Of a stretch of 64,000 nucleotides of DNA, positions 10,649-22,700 are shown piece after piece. Each line of letters starts with the position of its first letter. The stretch's first letter is position 1. Source of the stretch: an uncultured cyanobacterium. GTDB lineage: Bacteria > Cyanobacteriota > Cyanobacteriia > Cyanobacteriales > Nostocaceae. The notes beneath the pieces were generated by a model. The model worked only from the letters and a program-made list of their open reading frames with translations, was not told where the DNA came from and did no database searches. Location of the stretch: assembly GCA_963706595.1 (NCBI GenBank), contig OY970166.1, positions 448,001-512,000 of the forward strand, given 5' to 3'. The translations under genes were made by a program, and so were the position numbers.

Positions 10649-11470
10649 ATGTCCTTCGACAATCTCTGCAAGCTGCTATCAGAAAAACACCCTGAAAAAT
10701 TCGCCAGTTGGGTATTAGGGACACCCCAAACAAGTGCTACAGTCCTAAAAACCGAATTGAGTATTGAACCCATCCGCGCCGATTACGTCACCTTTTTACA
10801 ACTAGAAGGCAGGATTTTACATTTAGAATTTCAAACCAAATTGGAATCTACACCACCCCTTCCTCTGCGAATGTTAGATTATTGGGTGCGGTTGTATCGG
10901 TTGTATCGCTTACCAATCACACAAGTGGTAGTCTTATTACTGCCCCCCAAAGATGATATTGAAATTCCTACAGCCTTTACAGTGGAAAATACTCGTCACG
11001 AATATCGGGTAATTAAGATGTGGGAGGAAAACCCGGAACCGTTTCTTCAAGACTCAGCCTTGTTACCTCTAGCATCGTTAACAGCCACAAATCAACCCCA
11101 AACCTTGCTAGAACAAATTGTGCAACGAGTCAACCAAGTGGAGACAACACAACGACCGGAAATTTCCGCTTACACCCAAATCTTGGCAGGGTTAAAATTT
11201 AAGAAGGATTTAATTAGAAGATTATTTCGGGAGGGTATGATGCGCGAGTCAGTAATTTACCAAGAAATTCTCGAAGAAGGCGAACAGCGTGGGGAACAGC
11301 GAGGACGAAATCTGGTTTTGCGTCAACTCACTCGCAAAGTGGGAGAATTACCCCCAGGGATGCGTAAACAATTTGAAACTCTGACTTTGGAACAATTGGA
11401 AAATCTGGGTGAGGCTTTATTGGACTTTACCAGTTTGTTAGATTTGGAGGCATGGTTAGTCAATAAATAA
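10649..11470 (+). CDS. Rpn-family nuclease with DUF4351-like domain (copy 2, near-identical to 7381-8241)
   Basis: Same motifs; 13 aa shorter in the repeat linker. Confidence 0.88.
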   Translation: MSFDNLCKLLSEKHPEKFASWVLGTPQTSATVLKTELSIEPIRADYVTFLQLEGRILHLEFQTKLESTPPLPLRMLDYWVRLYRLYRLPITQVVVLLLPPKDDIEIPTAFTVENTRHEYRVIKMWEENPEPFLQDSALLPLASLTATNQPQTLLEQIVQRVNQVETTQRPEISAYTQILAGLKFKKDLIRRLFREGMMRESVIYQEILEEGEQRGEQRGRNLVLRQLTRKVGELPPGMRKQFETLTLEQLENLGEALLDFTSLLDLEAWLVNK

Positions 11471-11473
11471 TTT

Positions 11474-11527
11474 GGTGTTGCTGAATTAAGTGATGAATTT
11501 ACCGATTCAAAAAAATTCAGCAACGCT
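11474..11527. repeat. Short TIR element / bidirectional hairpin (same TIR family as 26519-26629)
   Basis: GGTGTTGCTGAAT ... ATTCAGCAACGC between convergent genes. Confidence 0.6.
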
Positions 11528-11538
11528 GATAATTTTGG

Positions 11539-12807
11539 CTAAATCAGGTCTTGGAGAACTCCGCGAGTGTTTTTCCAAGCCCAAATACCAACAGTTGCTA
11601 CTACTATACTCATTCCTACCAAAACAGTTCGTAAGCCGAGAACATCTGTTAAAGGACCAGTAATCGCCAAGGGTGCAGATAAGGCAATATTGACGATATG
11701 ATTTTGAAAGCCAAATACTTTCCCGTGCATGGCGGGTGGTGTGTGCTGTTGAATTAAAGTTTGCATGGGTACGCCAATTAAAGCCGCACCTATGCCTAAA
11801 AAGGCACTTAGTCCTAAAGCTAGAATGAGATTATGGGTGAAAGTGAACACTCCTAAAACTAGGGACATAATTAAAAATCCCATCAGGGGTAAAGGCTTGT
11901 GATGCAATTTATCTCCCCAGTGTCCCAAAATTGCTGCCCCAAATACCATCCCTACTCCAGCTGCGGCTAAGAAAAAGCCAAATTGTTTTTCTTTTAAACC
12001 AAAGTCTGCGGCTAATCTAATCGTCAACACCATCAAGGCGGCAAACACACAGTATAAAGTGGTGAGTTGCAACATGGCATTTAATATCAAACGATTTTTA
12101 GTGAGGTAGCGCAAGCCTGCTTTAAAGTCAATCCAAGGATTAATTCTTGGACAGGAATCATCGCCAGATAATTTGTTTTCAGTACCGAAGTTAATCGGCT
12201 GTACGGCTAATCCAGAGAATAGGTATAGTACACCAACCACCACTTCTTGACCATAACCTGCTCCTAACCAAGATTTTGCTAAACTTAATATTGGCTCTCC
12301 AATGGCAAAACCGACAATTAACGCGCCCATCATTGTACTGCTATACACCGCATTAGCTGCCATAAAATTCTCTCGTTTCACTAAAACGGGAATAGCAGCC
12401 TGTTGAGCCGGAGTAAAAAACTGGGCTAAGGTGGAAATACCAAAAGTCAGCACCAATAACATGAAAAAATCCCTGGGTAAAAATGCCAGCAAGAGCATTA
12501 ATACAGTTTGAATGTAGTTGGAAACAGTTAAAACCAACTTTTTAGAGAAGCGGTCAACAAATATACCACCCGCAGAACCGAACAAAATTGCCGGTAATGT
12601 GAAAGACAGCATCAAAATTGAGTACATGGAGTTTTGAGCTAACCCCGCAGGCGGTTGATAATTCTCCAGTAGAGCAACCATTAACACAAAGAAAATTTTA
12701 TCTCCCAACTGGGAGAACAGCTGCCCAATCCACAGGAGCATAAAGCCACGATTTTTTAGCAGGGCGCTAAATCCGTTATTGACAGCAGCTGGTTCAGTGG
12801 GAAACAT
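11539..12807 (-). CDS. MFS transporter
   Basis: About 12 hydrophobic segments; GIFVDRFSKK motif A; PPAMHGKVFG. Confidence 0.9.
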   Translation of the reverse strand: MFPTEPAAVNNGFSALLKNRGFMLLWIGQLFSQLGDKIFFVLMVALLENYQPPAGLAQNSMYSILMLSFTLPAILFGSAGGIFVDRFSKKLVLTVSNYIQTVLMLLLAFLPRDFFMLLVLTFGISTLAQFFTPAQQAAIPVLVKRENFMAANAVYSSTMMGALIVGFAIGEPILSLAKSWLGAGYGQEVVVGVLYLFSGLAVQPINFGTENKLSGDDSCPRINPWIDFKAGLRYLTKNRLILNAMLQLTTLYCVFAALMVLTIRLAADFGLKEKQFGFFLAAAGVGMVFGAAILGHWGDKLHHKPLPLMGFLIMSLVLGVFTFTHNLILALGLSAFLGIGAALIGVPMQTLIQQHTPPAMHGKVFGFQNHIVNIALSAPLAITGPLTDVLGLRTVLVGMSIVVATVGIWAWKNTRGVLQDLI

Positions 12808-12815
12808 TTAGATAC

Positions 12816-12935
<120 letters not shown>

Positions 12936-13047
12936 AAGGAAATTAATATTTTCTCTGATCCTCCTCATCTTCTGATGTTCATAATTTGGAATTTGGAATT
13001 TTGAATTGTTTAATCTTCACTCCTGCTGACTGATTCTGTTTTCCGGA

Positions 13048-13620
13048 CTAATTTTGTTCATAACGTTTTAGTAGTAGATGCAAAAATTCGGTTGCAGTCA
13101 GGCGAACTGGAGGTTGAGAAACTTCTACAGATGGATCTACCCACCAACCTTTGACTGTTTGGGGCGATCGCCATATTGATAAATGCTCAACTGCTGGTTC
13201 TGCGTAAAAATTATCATCTCCACCACCCAACAAGGAAGAACTCCAATGGGTGAAATAATCATGACTCATGCGATGTATGGGAAAGTTTCCCGCCAGTGGT
13301 ACTCCCCAGCCATCGATCGCAATAAAGGCTTTAATATTACCTCCTAAAAGTTGCCAGGAACAGGCTGCACCGATTGCGCCGACGACACCAGCACTAAAGC
13401 TAATGAATATCACTGGCGATTTTAGATCATTTTGCAAGCGATCGCTTAAAAACTGCAAAATATGAAGTGATGATAAAGCCAATAAACTGTCACCGGGAAA
13501 AATCAGGATTTCGCCCCAACTGTGGGCATTTAAGTTCTCAAACCCTGGAGATAAGCATTCTGATCTAAAGCTTTCAGTTAGCGCTGACTCATGAATTCCA
13601 GGACAAATAATTATACTCAT
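13048..13620 (-). CDS. Hypothetical protein, alpha/beta-hydrolase-like
   Basis: SFSAGVVGA nucleophile-elbow-like motif; ICPGIH N-terminus. Confidence 0.6.
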   Translation of the reverse strand: MSIIICPGIHESALTESFRSECLSPGFENLNAHSWGEILIFPGDSLLALSSLHILQFLSDRLQNDLKSPVIFISFSAGVVGAIGAACSWQLLGGNIKAFIAIDGWGVPLAGNFPIHRMSHDYFTHWSSSLLGGGDDNFYAEPAVEHLSIWRSPQTVKGWWVDPSVEVSQPPVRLTATEFLHLLLKRYEQN

Positions 13621-13999
13621 TAGTTTTCAGGACTAACAGTTTTCCCTTGTTCTATAACAACTTTTGTATTTAATCAGACATGGTTAACAGTAATTTAGAG
13701 TAAATACAGTGCCAACATAAATTTACTCAATTACTCAACCCTGCCTTATAGGATATATGAAAATTTCCCCGCAACACAAATTAAGATGTAAAATCCAAAT
13801 TACTCTCCAATTAATTTTTCAATACTCAGTAGCGAGTAATAACCCCAGTATGCCTTTTGATATATTATTGTTAATTTCGTAACGAACCTATCCCCCTGGA
13901 TGGGATAATAAACTACGAGTTAGCAGACAAATTGAGTTATTCCTTAACTTAATTAGTTCTCAACTCTGGTTTATATAGATTTATATTGAGGAAATCATT

Positions 14000-15118
14000 G
14001 TGGTTGCCACCCCAGAAAAACAGCAACACACTCACGAGCAGTTATCAGGTAAAGACAGAGTTGCCGTCTTGCTGATGGGCTACGGTGAAGTCGAAAGCTA
14101 TGAAGATTTTGCTAACTATAACGAACAGGCTTTAAATTTACTGACTGCCAAATTCGCACCAGTACCAACCTGGATTTATCCCCCTTTAGCAAAGCTATTG
14201 GCGTTATTTGACCGCCATGAATGGGGACATACGCACCATGATTTTATTTCCCCACACAATGCCATCTTTGAACAGCAACGCGCTGGTATAGAAAAGAACT
14301 TGCAAGCCAAATGGGGCGATCGCATCCAAGTATTCAAAGCCTTTAACTTCTGTGCGCCTTACCTACCGGATCAAGTTTTAGCAGAAATTAAAAACCAAGG
14401 CTTCGAGAAAATCCTGATTTACCCCTTATTGGTAGTTGATTCCATCTTTACCAGTGGAATTGCCGTTGAGCAAGTTAATAATGCTTTAGCTGAGATTCCT
14501 GATGGAGAAGAACATTGGGTAAAAGCACAGCGTTACATCCCCTCGTTCTATAACGAACCAGCCTACATTAATTTGATGGCTAATCTCGTTGAGGAGAAGA
14601 TTAGCGCCGAGATAGGTGCAGCATACCTACCTTCTCAAATCGGCATTATCTTGATGAATCATGGCTGTCCCCACAAAGCCAAAGGATTCACCTCTGGAAT
14701 TACCGAAAGTCAGACACTATATGATTTAGTCCGGGATAAGTTAATTAATCGTTATCCTTTAATTTCCGTGGGTTGGCTGAACCACGACACACCTTTAATT
14801 GAATGGACATTGCCAAACGCCGAACAAGCTGCTAATAACTTGATTCAATTGGGTGCAAAAGCCATCATCTTTATGCCCATTGGCTTTGCGACAGAAAACC
14901 ACGAAACTCTATTAGATGTACACCACATCATTCATGATTTGGCGAAAAAGCATCCCAATGTGAGTTATGTGCAAATGGCTTGTGTTAACGACAATCCAGA
15001 ATTTCTGGAAATGGCTGCTGAATGGGCAAATGATCATATTGCTAAGTTAATGAATCAGGAAGCTATGGCGGTTAATCCCCAGTTGGCGGGACATCACCAT
15101 CACCATCACCATCATTAG
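14000..15118 (+). CDS. Ferrochelatase-family chelatase with His8 tail
   Basis: VLLMGYG, LIYPL, MNHGCP, GFATENHETLLD correspond to HemH motifs; no C-terminal CAB helix. Confidence 0.8.
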   Translation: MVATPEKQQHTHEQLSGKDRVAVLLMGYGEVESYEDFANYNEQALNLLTAKFAPVPTWIYPPLAKLLALFDRHEWGHTHHDFISPHNAIFEQQRAGIEKNLQAKWGDRIQVFKAFNFCAPYLPDQVLAEIKNQGFEKILIYPLLVVDSIFTSGIAVEQVNNALAEIPDGEEHWVKAQRYIPSFYNEPAYINLMANLVEEKISAEIGAAYLPSQIGIILMNHGCPHKAKGFTSGITESQTLYDLVRDKLINRYPLISVGWLNHDTPLIEWTLPNAEQAANNLIQLGAKAIIFMPIGFATENHETLLDVHHIIHDLAKKHPNVSYVQMACVNDNPEFLEMAAEWANDHIAKLMNQEAMAVNPQLAGHHHHHHHH

Positions 15119-15304
15119 GGAACACCAGAAAATAAATTATTCCATCTAGTGGGATGGGCATTCTGCCCGTCCTTGCTAAACTGTGTAGAGACGTTGTAAC
15201 GCCGCTACATTTTTTTTCACCAGATGTCTATTAGCTAACTTTCGTTTAGTGATCAGAAACCATTTTTTGATAAAGTGATGCTTTGTCGATCGCTGTTCAT
15301 CTCT

Positions 15305-16324
15305 ATGTCCCTGGTATCACTGCCTCAATCGCTGCAAAAAGACCTACCCCTCACCGCTCTTGCGCCCATGCAGGATGTGACAAATCTCTGGTTTATGAAG
15401 GTTATTGCCCACTACGGCAGTCCTGACTACTTTTTCACGGAGTATTTCCGCGTCAATGATACCTCACGGCTCAATCGTAGCATTCTGTCAGCAATCACCG
15501 AAAACGACACTGGTCGCCCCGTTTTTGCTCAAATGATTGGCGAAAGCATTCCAGATTTAGTCAGAACAGCACAGGAACTCTGCGGCTATAATATTGCTGG
15601 AGTTGACTTGAACATGGGGTGTCCAGCACCGAGAATCTATCGCAAAAATGTTGGGGGTGGATTGCTGCTTTCACCAGAAAAAGTAGATCGGATTTTGGCA
15701 GAACTGCGACAGGTAGTCAATGATCGACCTTTGACTGTTAAGATGCGCTTAGGCTTTGAAAATACAGATACCTTTTACGAAATTCTAGATGTGATCAATC
15801 GCCACAGTATTGATTTGCTGAGTGTGCATGGTCGCACGGTCAAAGATATGTACCACGGGACAGTGAAATATGATTTGATTGCTCAAGCAGTCAGACGGGT
15901 CGATTGTCCAGTGCTGGCCAATGGCAATATCTACTCAGCGAAAACTGCTCTAGAAGTGCTTTCTCAAACGGGCGCGGCGGGTGTGATGGTGGGACGCTGG
16001 GCGATTGGGAATCCTTGGCTTTTTCATCAAATTCGGCAAGCTTTGCGCTTCGAGCCGATTACGCCGGTTCCTTTAGTGGAGGTACGCAACTATATTGATC
16101 GTTTATGGCAAACCCCAGCTGCCGCAACTATGCCTTCGCGAGCGCGCATCGGCTACCTCAAAAGATTCCTCAACTACATTGCTCTGAGTGTGGACGCTGA
16201 AGGTGAGTTTCTGCGACAGATGCGACAGACGCAAACCGAGGTAGAGCTGCTTAACCTGTGCGATCGCGTTCTCCTTGCTGAAGAAACAAAAACTTTAGCC
16301 CTCACACCCTACTCAGGCGTATAA
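15305..16324 (+). CDS. tRNA-dihydrouridine synthase family protein
   Basis: LAPMQD, DLNMGCP, SVHGRT, ANGNI, GVMVGR..GNPWLF; start uncertain (15275-15305). Confidence 0.92.
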   Translation: MSLVSLPQSLQKDLPLTALAPMQDVTNLWFMKVIAHYGSPDYFFTEYFRVNDTSRLNRSILSAITENDTGRPVFAQMIGESIPDLVRTAQELCGYNIAGVDLNMGCPAPRIYRKNVGGGLLLSPEKVDRILAELRQVVNDRPLTVKMRLGFENTDTFYEILDVINRHSIDLLSVHGRTVKDMYHGTVKYDLIAQAVRRVDCPVLANGNIYSAKTALEVLSQTGAAGVMVGRWAIGNPWLFHQIRQALRFEPITPVPLVEVRNYIDRLWQTPAAATMPSRARIGYLKRFLNYIALSVDAEGEFLRQMRQTQTEVELLNLCDRVLLAEETKTLALTPYSGV

Positions 16325-16396
16325 CTAGCTTCTGGCTTGACATCAGGTTTTCAGTCTGAGCGTAACTATCTCTACGATTGCTGATCAAACCTGACT

Positions 16397-16534
16397 GGAT
16401 TTCCTGGGACGCATTCTCAAGGTGAGACTTTGGATGAATTGCAGCAAAATTTACGTGAAGTTATTTAAATATTGCTTGAAGATACGGGATCTATTTTTGA
16501 GACAGAGTTTAGAGAAGTTGCTGAATTTTATTGA
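16397..16534 (+). pseudogene. HicB-family antitoxin remnant
   Basis: Translates to GFPGTHSQGETLDELQQNLREVI*ILLED; no start codon; in-frame TAA at 16466. Confidence 0.75.
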
Positions 16535-16724
16535 CTGCATTGATAATCAGAGAAGATGTCTTTTCTATTTCTGCTTTGCTTGTAAATTTACCAATACCAA
16601 TTCTTAACGATCCTTCAATCAGATTTTGAGAAAGATTCATCGCTTGTAAAACGTGAGATGGCTCCCAAAAATCAAAACAAGACTATCCATGAGAGTTACA
16701 CTACATAGGTCTGTACCAAAAGCA

Positions 16725-16976
16725 TTACTTGTTTTTTAACTTACGCTTCATTTCTAAGTATTGCTGGAACGTGGAATCAGAAATGCACTCATCAATAAAC
16801 TTCTCCAGTTCATTCCTCATTGTGCTGTCAATAAATTGACAGTAATCCTTAAACAGTTCCCTCTTACCCTCTGGAAGATAGAAACCAAGATATTCTTGTC
16901 CTTGACGCTTCTCTGTCACAAACAAATTTTGCACATCATCAATACCCATCATAAAACGTGAAGTTTCACTATACAT
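16725..16976 (-). CDS. Small ribbon-helix-helix-like protein
   Basis: YLGFYL strand, PEGKRELFKDYC helix, STMRNELEKFI helix; start taken at ATG 16976. Confidence 0.5.
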   Translation of the reverse strand: MYSETSRFMMGIDDVQNLFVTEKRQGQEYLGFYLPEGKRELFKDYCQFIDSTMRNELEKFIDECISDSTFQQYLEMKRKLKNK

Positions 16977-17470
16977 ATTGTACCGTACATAATTGCGTAT
17001 GGTACAATGGGATATAAAATGAATTAATCCGACTTGACAATATTGAATTAGGTGAATTATGAATGACACGCTTTATACATGACAAATTTGCTAAAGACTA
17101 TCTCGAAGAAATACTCAAAGATTATGGAGAAGTCAAGTCATCAGAAAAAGTCTCAGGAGAGATTAAGGAAATAGATGTTTTATTCACTCCTGACAAACAG
17201 GAAAATTCTAATTTACAAATACTGGGTTTACTAGGAAGATTTGCTCAAAATCCTGCAATATTGGAACCATTTCGCAATCCAGCCTCTAACGATGAAATCT
17301 GCGACTGTATTCTCAAATTATTAGAAATCAAGGCTTGTTTGCGGCGAGAAGCTAAAGCAAATAAAACCAAACTTCAAGACTCAGAAATTCCCCAATTGTG
17401 GGTTCTGACACCTACCGTATCTGAAACTAGATTGTCTAGCTTTGGAACAAGGCAAAAAGAAGGTTGGTTA

Positions 17471-19054
17471 GGGACTTCCAAATAATAAATTACCCAAAAA
17501 ACTTAAGAGAAAATGTTTTTTGGAGAATGATAATCATTGCTAGGGGAAGAGAAAGTGCTTGCCGTCGGCAAGCACTTTCTCTGAAAAAATCAGCATGAAA
17601 AATATCTACACTCTAAGGGCTGTAGGGTGCAGTGAAAATCAATTTATCAAAGTAATAATTTAACTATTCCTTGACCAACATTAAGTTGGCGCGCAACAGA
17701 TATCAATAAACCACTTACCTAAATTCGGGAAGTGTTCAGAGTTAGAATTGGTGAGTCGCTCGATTTGTTTCTCAATTTCTGACATAGCTTGTTTAGTAAG
17801 CTTAACTCCGTTTTCGTAAGTTCGAGTTACTAATTTAACAAGAGGATGCTTACCTTTCCATGTCATATTTTGAGCAAAATTTAACGCCGTTTCTACTTCA
17901 TCCAAAATACTACCATTCCAATAGTTCTCTAGGACTGCCCAAGTTCTTTCAATTGGATTGTACTTACTATGATAGGGTGGATAATAAGCTAAACGTATGT
18001 TTAACTGATATTCCTGAGCAAACTCAATTATACGTTTCATGAACTGGGTACGTCGAGAACTGTTCTCTCCACCGTTATCTTGATTAAGAATAAGTGTTTT
18101 AATTAGAGGAAATCGCTTACTCTGTGTTTTCCAAAAGTCTACTAATACATCAACAATAAAATCACTCGTTACTTTGGATTCGGTAAAATATAAAAATAGC
18201 TCATCTAGTTCTGGAAGGAATATCCCATAAGGAGTCACAGTTGTTTTCGGATGATAATCATGGTCTTCAGTTTCAGTTGGAGTCCTGTTTTTACCACCTC
18301 GGTCAAAAGCGCCAATATTGACACGAGCTTTGGCATCAAGACTTAAACGTAAAATGCTCTTGTCATTCAAAGCCGATTGATTAACTATTGCTAATTGCTC
18401 AAAAATTGCATCCGTTTCGGGGATTTTTTTTGAGGAAGTACTTTTGCTACCCGTTTAAGTCGATAACCTAAATAATTCAATTTGATGCGAATTGTTTCTG
18501 ATGTGGGTAATTCTTCATCACTATAACTAAATTTCTCTATCAACAGCTTTCTTACTTGACTTGCTGTGAGGCGTGTATATAGTCTTTGGCTTTTAAAACT
18601 TGGGTCAGTTTGGCTTTGGGAATCAACTAATTTTTTGATATCCTCTAAAAGGTTTGGTAAATGTTCTTCTGCTTTGTAACGCCCTTTCGCCGAATAATTA
18701 TCGATACAGGTCATCCCACTAGTTAATTCTTTAATACCTTTGCGAATAGTTTTTCTATCCCATCCTAATTCTTTTTGAGCTAGTAGTTGTCCTCCGTAGC
18801 CTAAAGACATCACAGTTTGCGCTTGGAAACGCCGTCTGGCTGCACCTTTCAATTGAGTTGCTGTTTCTTTAAGCAAACTTGAGAGCGAATCAGTTAATTC
18901 AATTGACACTCTTAGCTCCTCGAAAAATTGTACCTAACATCATTGAATTTACTACAAAAAGGGAAGTCAGGGCTACCGAACGGTAGCCCTGACTTCTCCC
19001 CTCTACAATGATTATCATTATTAGTAGTTGGGGATTTTATTCCTTGGAAGTCCC
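17471..19054 (-). mobile_element. ISAzo13-family insertion sequence
   Basis: TIR GGGACTTCCAA / TTGGAAGTCCC; TTA target duplication; strong internal palindromes near 17550-17582 and 18961-19000. Confidence 0.92.
17681..18909 (-). CDS. ISAzo13 transposase, two ORFs joined by a predicted -1 frameshift
   Basis: A8 run at 18424-18431; the -1 frame reads KKIPETDAIFEQL; SLDAK, DNGGEN, YPPYHSKYNPIE. Confidence 0.88.
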
Positions 19055-19737
19055 TTATCGGGAGTACATTTTCTACCAGATGCTTTGCGAACAGCAATTG
19101 TGGCGATACATCAACTACCGCAAACGCCGGAAACATTATGGTTAAGACTTTTGGGTAGAGGAAATGTACAATCACAAGCGATTATAGAGTTGCAGGCGTT
19201 ACCATTAAATCATCCATACCAGAAAGCAACTTTAGAATTAGTTTACAACTTGCGTGAAAACTTGAAAGTAAATCAAGAATTAGAAGCAGATGATAGGGAG
19301 TTAGTTATGCGATTAGAACCACTGTATCAAAGAGACAGAGAACAAGCTGTACAGTCAGGAGAACAACGTTTAGTTCTACGCTTACTCAATCGCCGTATTG
19401 GGGAAATTAATGAATCATTAATCGAGAAAATTAAAGGATTATCCATTGAACAATTAGAAAATCTAGGAGAAGCTTTACTAGATTTTTCTAGTGTGGGTGA
19501 TTTAGAAACTTGGTTAAACCAACAACAAAGATAAAACTTAATCAGGAGAGTAATTCATAACCTAGTCGGGGATCAATTCTCCGACTATTTTAAACAAATT
19601 GTGTTAGTATGATTTTGTTGTTAATCATACCAAAATAATCTAAATGCTAGTTTGTTATCACAGCATTTCTATGGACTAAAATAATTCAACCCGATTAAAG
19701 CAGTAATAAGATTTATTCTTAGAGGAAAATTACCATA

Positions 19738-22700
19738 ATGAATCCCCAAAATTCTCATAGTCAAGAATTAATTCATCAGCTAGAAAAACTTCGACAAGAT
19801 TCTAGATTAACTAGAGTTATCAGTAATGATACAAATAATCATTGTTCTCTTAATTTATGGCTTCTTGAAATAACACAATCCAATTTAACAGAATATAGAT
19901 TGCTATACGGATTGATTATTGCTTCTACTTATTATGATCCCGATAAATGGTCTTGTGCTGATGGAAGTAAAACAACAAAGCCATTCGGAAAAGGAGAGAA
20001 ACAAAATCCCTACAAAGTTCGTATAGCTAAATTAACTCTTTACCATAACAGTGATGTGATTTTTTGTCTTATTAAAGAATTGTGTCAAGGTTTAACCTTA
20101 GCACAAGCTTGTCAAAAGATTAATATAGTTACTCCCACACATAAAAATGATTATGGGAGACTAGAACTTGCTTTAAACCAACAAATTTTAAGTAAGAATT
20201 TTGCTATTCGACCTACAATTTTATTAGAAACTCGAAATAGCAATATAAAGCTATTTCAAGAATTAAAACCTATCACCAGTCCTCTTGATCAAATATCGGG
20301 ATTTTCAGCTTCTCTATGGAATTGTGATAAGCTATCTTTATTTAACCAGCAAAATCAAAATGCTTATTTATCTGATACTGAATTAATTAAACATTGCTTA
20401 TCTCATTTAACACAAGAAACTGGATTAGACTTTTGTCAGGTAGATAGTAAGCGTTTAGGAAATATTGAATGGTTGTGCTTTCCTCTTACAGATGATTATG
20501 AACAAGAAAAAGTTAGCTTTGAGCTAGTAGATAATCATACTATTAAGTTAAAGATATTAACAGATACTTTTAACCCTAATACTGATTTATTAATACGTTG
20601 TCGCTGCTGGAATCAAGAAGAGGTTATTTTAGATAAGTGTAAAAATAGTCATGTTGATACTCAGCAATTAATAGAATTAGACTTTACTAGTAATCAAAAA
20701 TTAGAAGCAGTTATGATAATTGTTTGGGTTAGAGTAGAAGAAAAAGAATTGTGGGAAATTGTTTATGAAAATTTCATCAGTTTAGTAAATGAAATAAATA
20801 CAAGTATAGGTGTAGAAAATCCTAAGATTCAATTACCATTTCCTTCGTTAAAAAGATGGAAGACGGGTAATGTAAAAGCAATCATTGAGAAGAATGAATT
20901 GATTCAACCAGTATATTATGAAAATGTAACTATTAATCAAAACCAACTTTCTCCTTGGAAATCAGCCAATCAAGATATTCGTCAATTAACCAGTAAACTT
21001 TATCCTCAGTCTTCTGGAGGTCAATTTTTTCAAAAAGGTTGGAAAGGAAAAGATTCAAATAGTGATCCAGGTCGGTTAAGCTTTTTAGAATGGCTTAAAT
21101 CTATCACTAAAAATCCTCAATTCAGCAAAGTGTTATTTCTTGATCCTTATTTCGATGCTACTGATATTTTTGAAGTAATCGCCAGAGCAGAAGCCATTCA
21201 AACAGAATATGTAGTTGTTACGAATACACAACATATCTCACAAGACAAATCTTTAGAATTAAAAGCAGCTTGTGAAAAAAATTCACTTTTATTAAAAAAT
21301 TTGAAATTTAAATTATTGGATATCAGAAGTAAGAAAGGAGAAACAGGAAAAAGCAAACAACTATTCCATGATCGTTATATTTTAATTTTTGATCAACAAG
21401 GTAAAGTCAAAACGGGTTATCATCTATCCAACTCTCTTCAAGGTGCAACCAAGGATCATCCTTTACTGATTACTCCAATACCTGATGACATTATCAATAA
21501 TGTTGAATTATATGTTGCTGATTTACTTGAAGAGAATGACCAGCGAGAGGTGAAAACTCTTTTTTCATCTGTTGAACATCAACAAATATCTCGTTCAGCA
21601 CCAAGATCAACTGGACTATCTGCTATTCCTTACAATAATTTATTCTTTGCCGCATTACTGAATGAACATAGTTTGGTTTATCTTAGTCAATCAGATTTAA
21701 TGAATCAACTTCAAAGCAAAGGCATTTTAAAAGAAGATGATAGTTTTATAACTACCCAAGAGATTAATAGTAATATTAATTATTTTAGTCAGTTTATCAA
21801 TCAAGCTAGTCACGAGAATTTCACAAAATTATGGATATCTTTATCATCATTTTTATCAACATTTGATAATGTAGAATACTTGAATGATTTAGTAAGTCAA
21901 CTCAATACAAATCTTTATGTAAAAATTAAAGATTTTTTATTATATTCCTCAAGTTTAGCTCATGAAGAAGTAATTAATACATTAGAATTATCTCAAAATG
22001 GATATGTGAGAGAAGCTATAAATTTAGTTGACAAAGATTTTAAAGATGTACTTAAATATACAAAAATATTTATACAACAATGTGGAACTAACAAGTACAG
22101 TTCTCCTAATAATTGGAGTATCCAATATGGGGGTAAAGTTTTAATTGAAAATTCTCCTCAAGATTTTCTAGACGTGATATCTCATCTATATACGAATTTA
22201 AAAGCTGATCATGAAATCAATTGGCTGAATGCAAGTATTTTATTTTATCTCATCAAACAGTTAGTACAAGAGATTACATACATTTCTATTGGAAATAATA
22301 GAAATGAAAGATTATTAAATTTATTACCTACCAGCAACATTCCCTTAATTAGAGCAATGGGTACACAAAGCTTATGGTTTTCTTTAAACTATAAAAAGAT
22401 TAATTTAAAATTCGCATTGTCTATTGTTAGTCAATTACGGAGTATAGAAGAACAAGTATATTCTTTAGCTGAATGGGTTTACGATTTAAGAATTCAACTT
22501 AATCAAAATTACCCTTTGGAAAAATCTGCCCCAGAAATACTAGGAAAACAGATTTTTGCTCATATTTGTCAATTATGGCAATCTGATTTTTCGCAAACAA
22601 CTTTGCGTAATATTATTGCTCGGTTAAGTGGTCCTATAGACGGTAGTTCGGCTGTTTCTAATAACCGGGACTTCTTATTACCTTTACTCAATGCAGAAAA

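Larger units (their letters stand above)
17063..19534 (+). pseudogene. DUF4351-domain (Rpn-like) gene split by an ISAzo13 element
   Basis: Removing 17471-19054 plus one TTA restores ...KEGWL|SGVHFLPDAL... in frame; EIDVLF N-terminal motif; LENLGEALLDF tail. Confidence 0.9.

Noticed and set aside
7381..11470. Diversity-generating retroelement template/variable repeat pair
   Set aside because: The whole gene is duplicated, differences are not confined to adenines, and no reverse transcriptase is in the window
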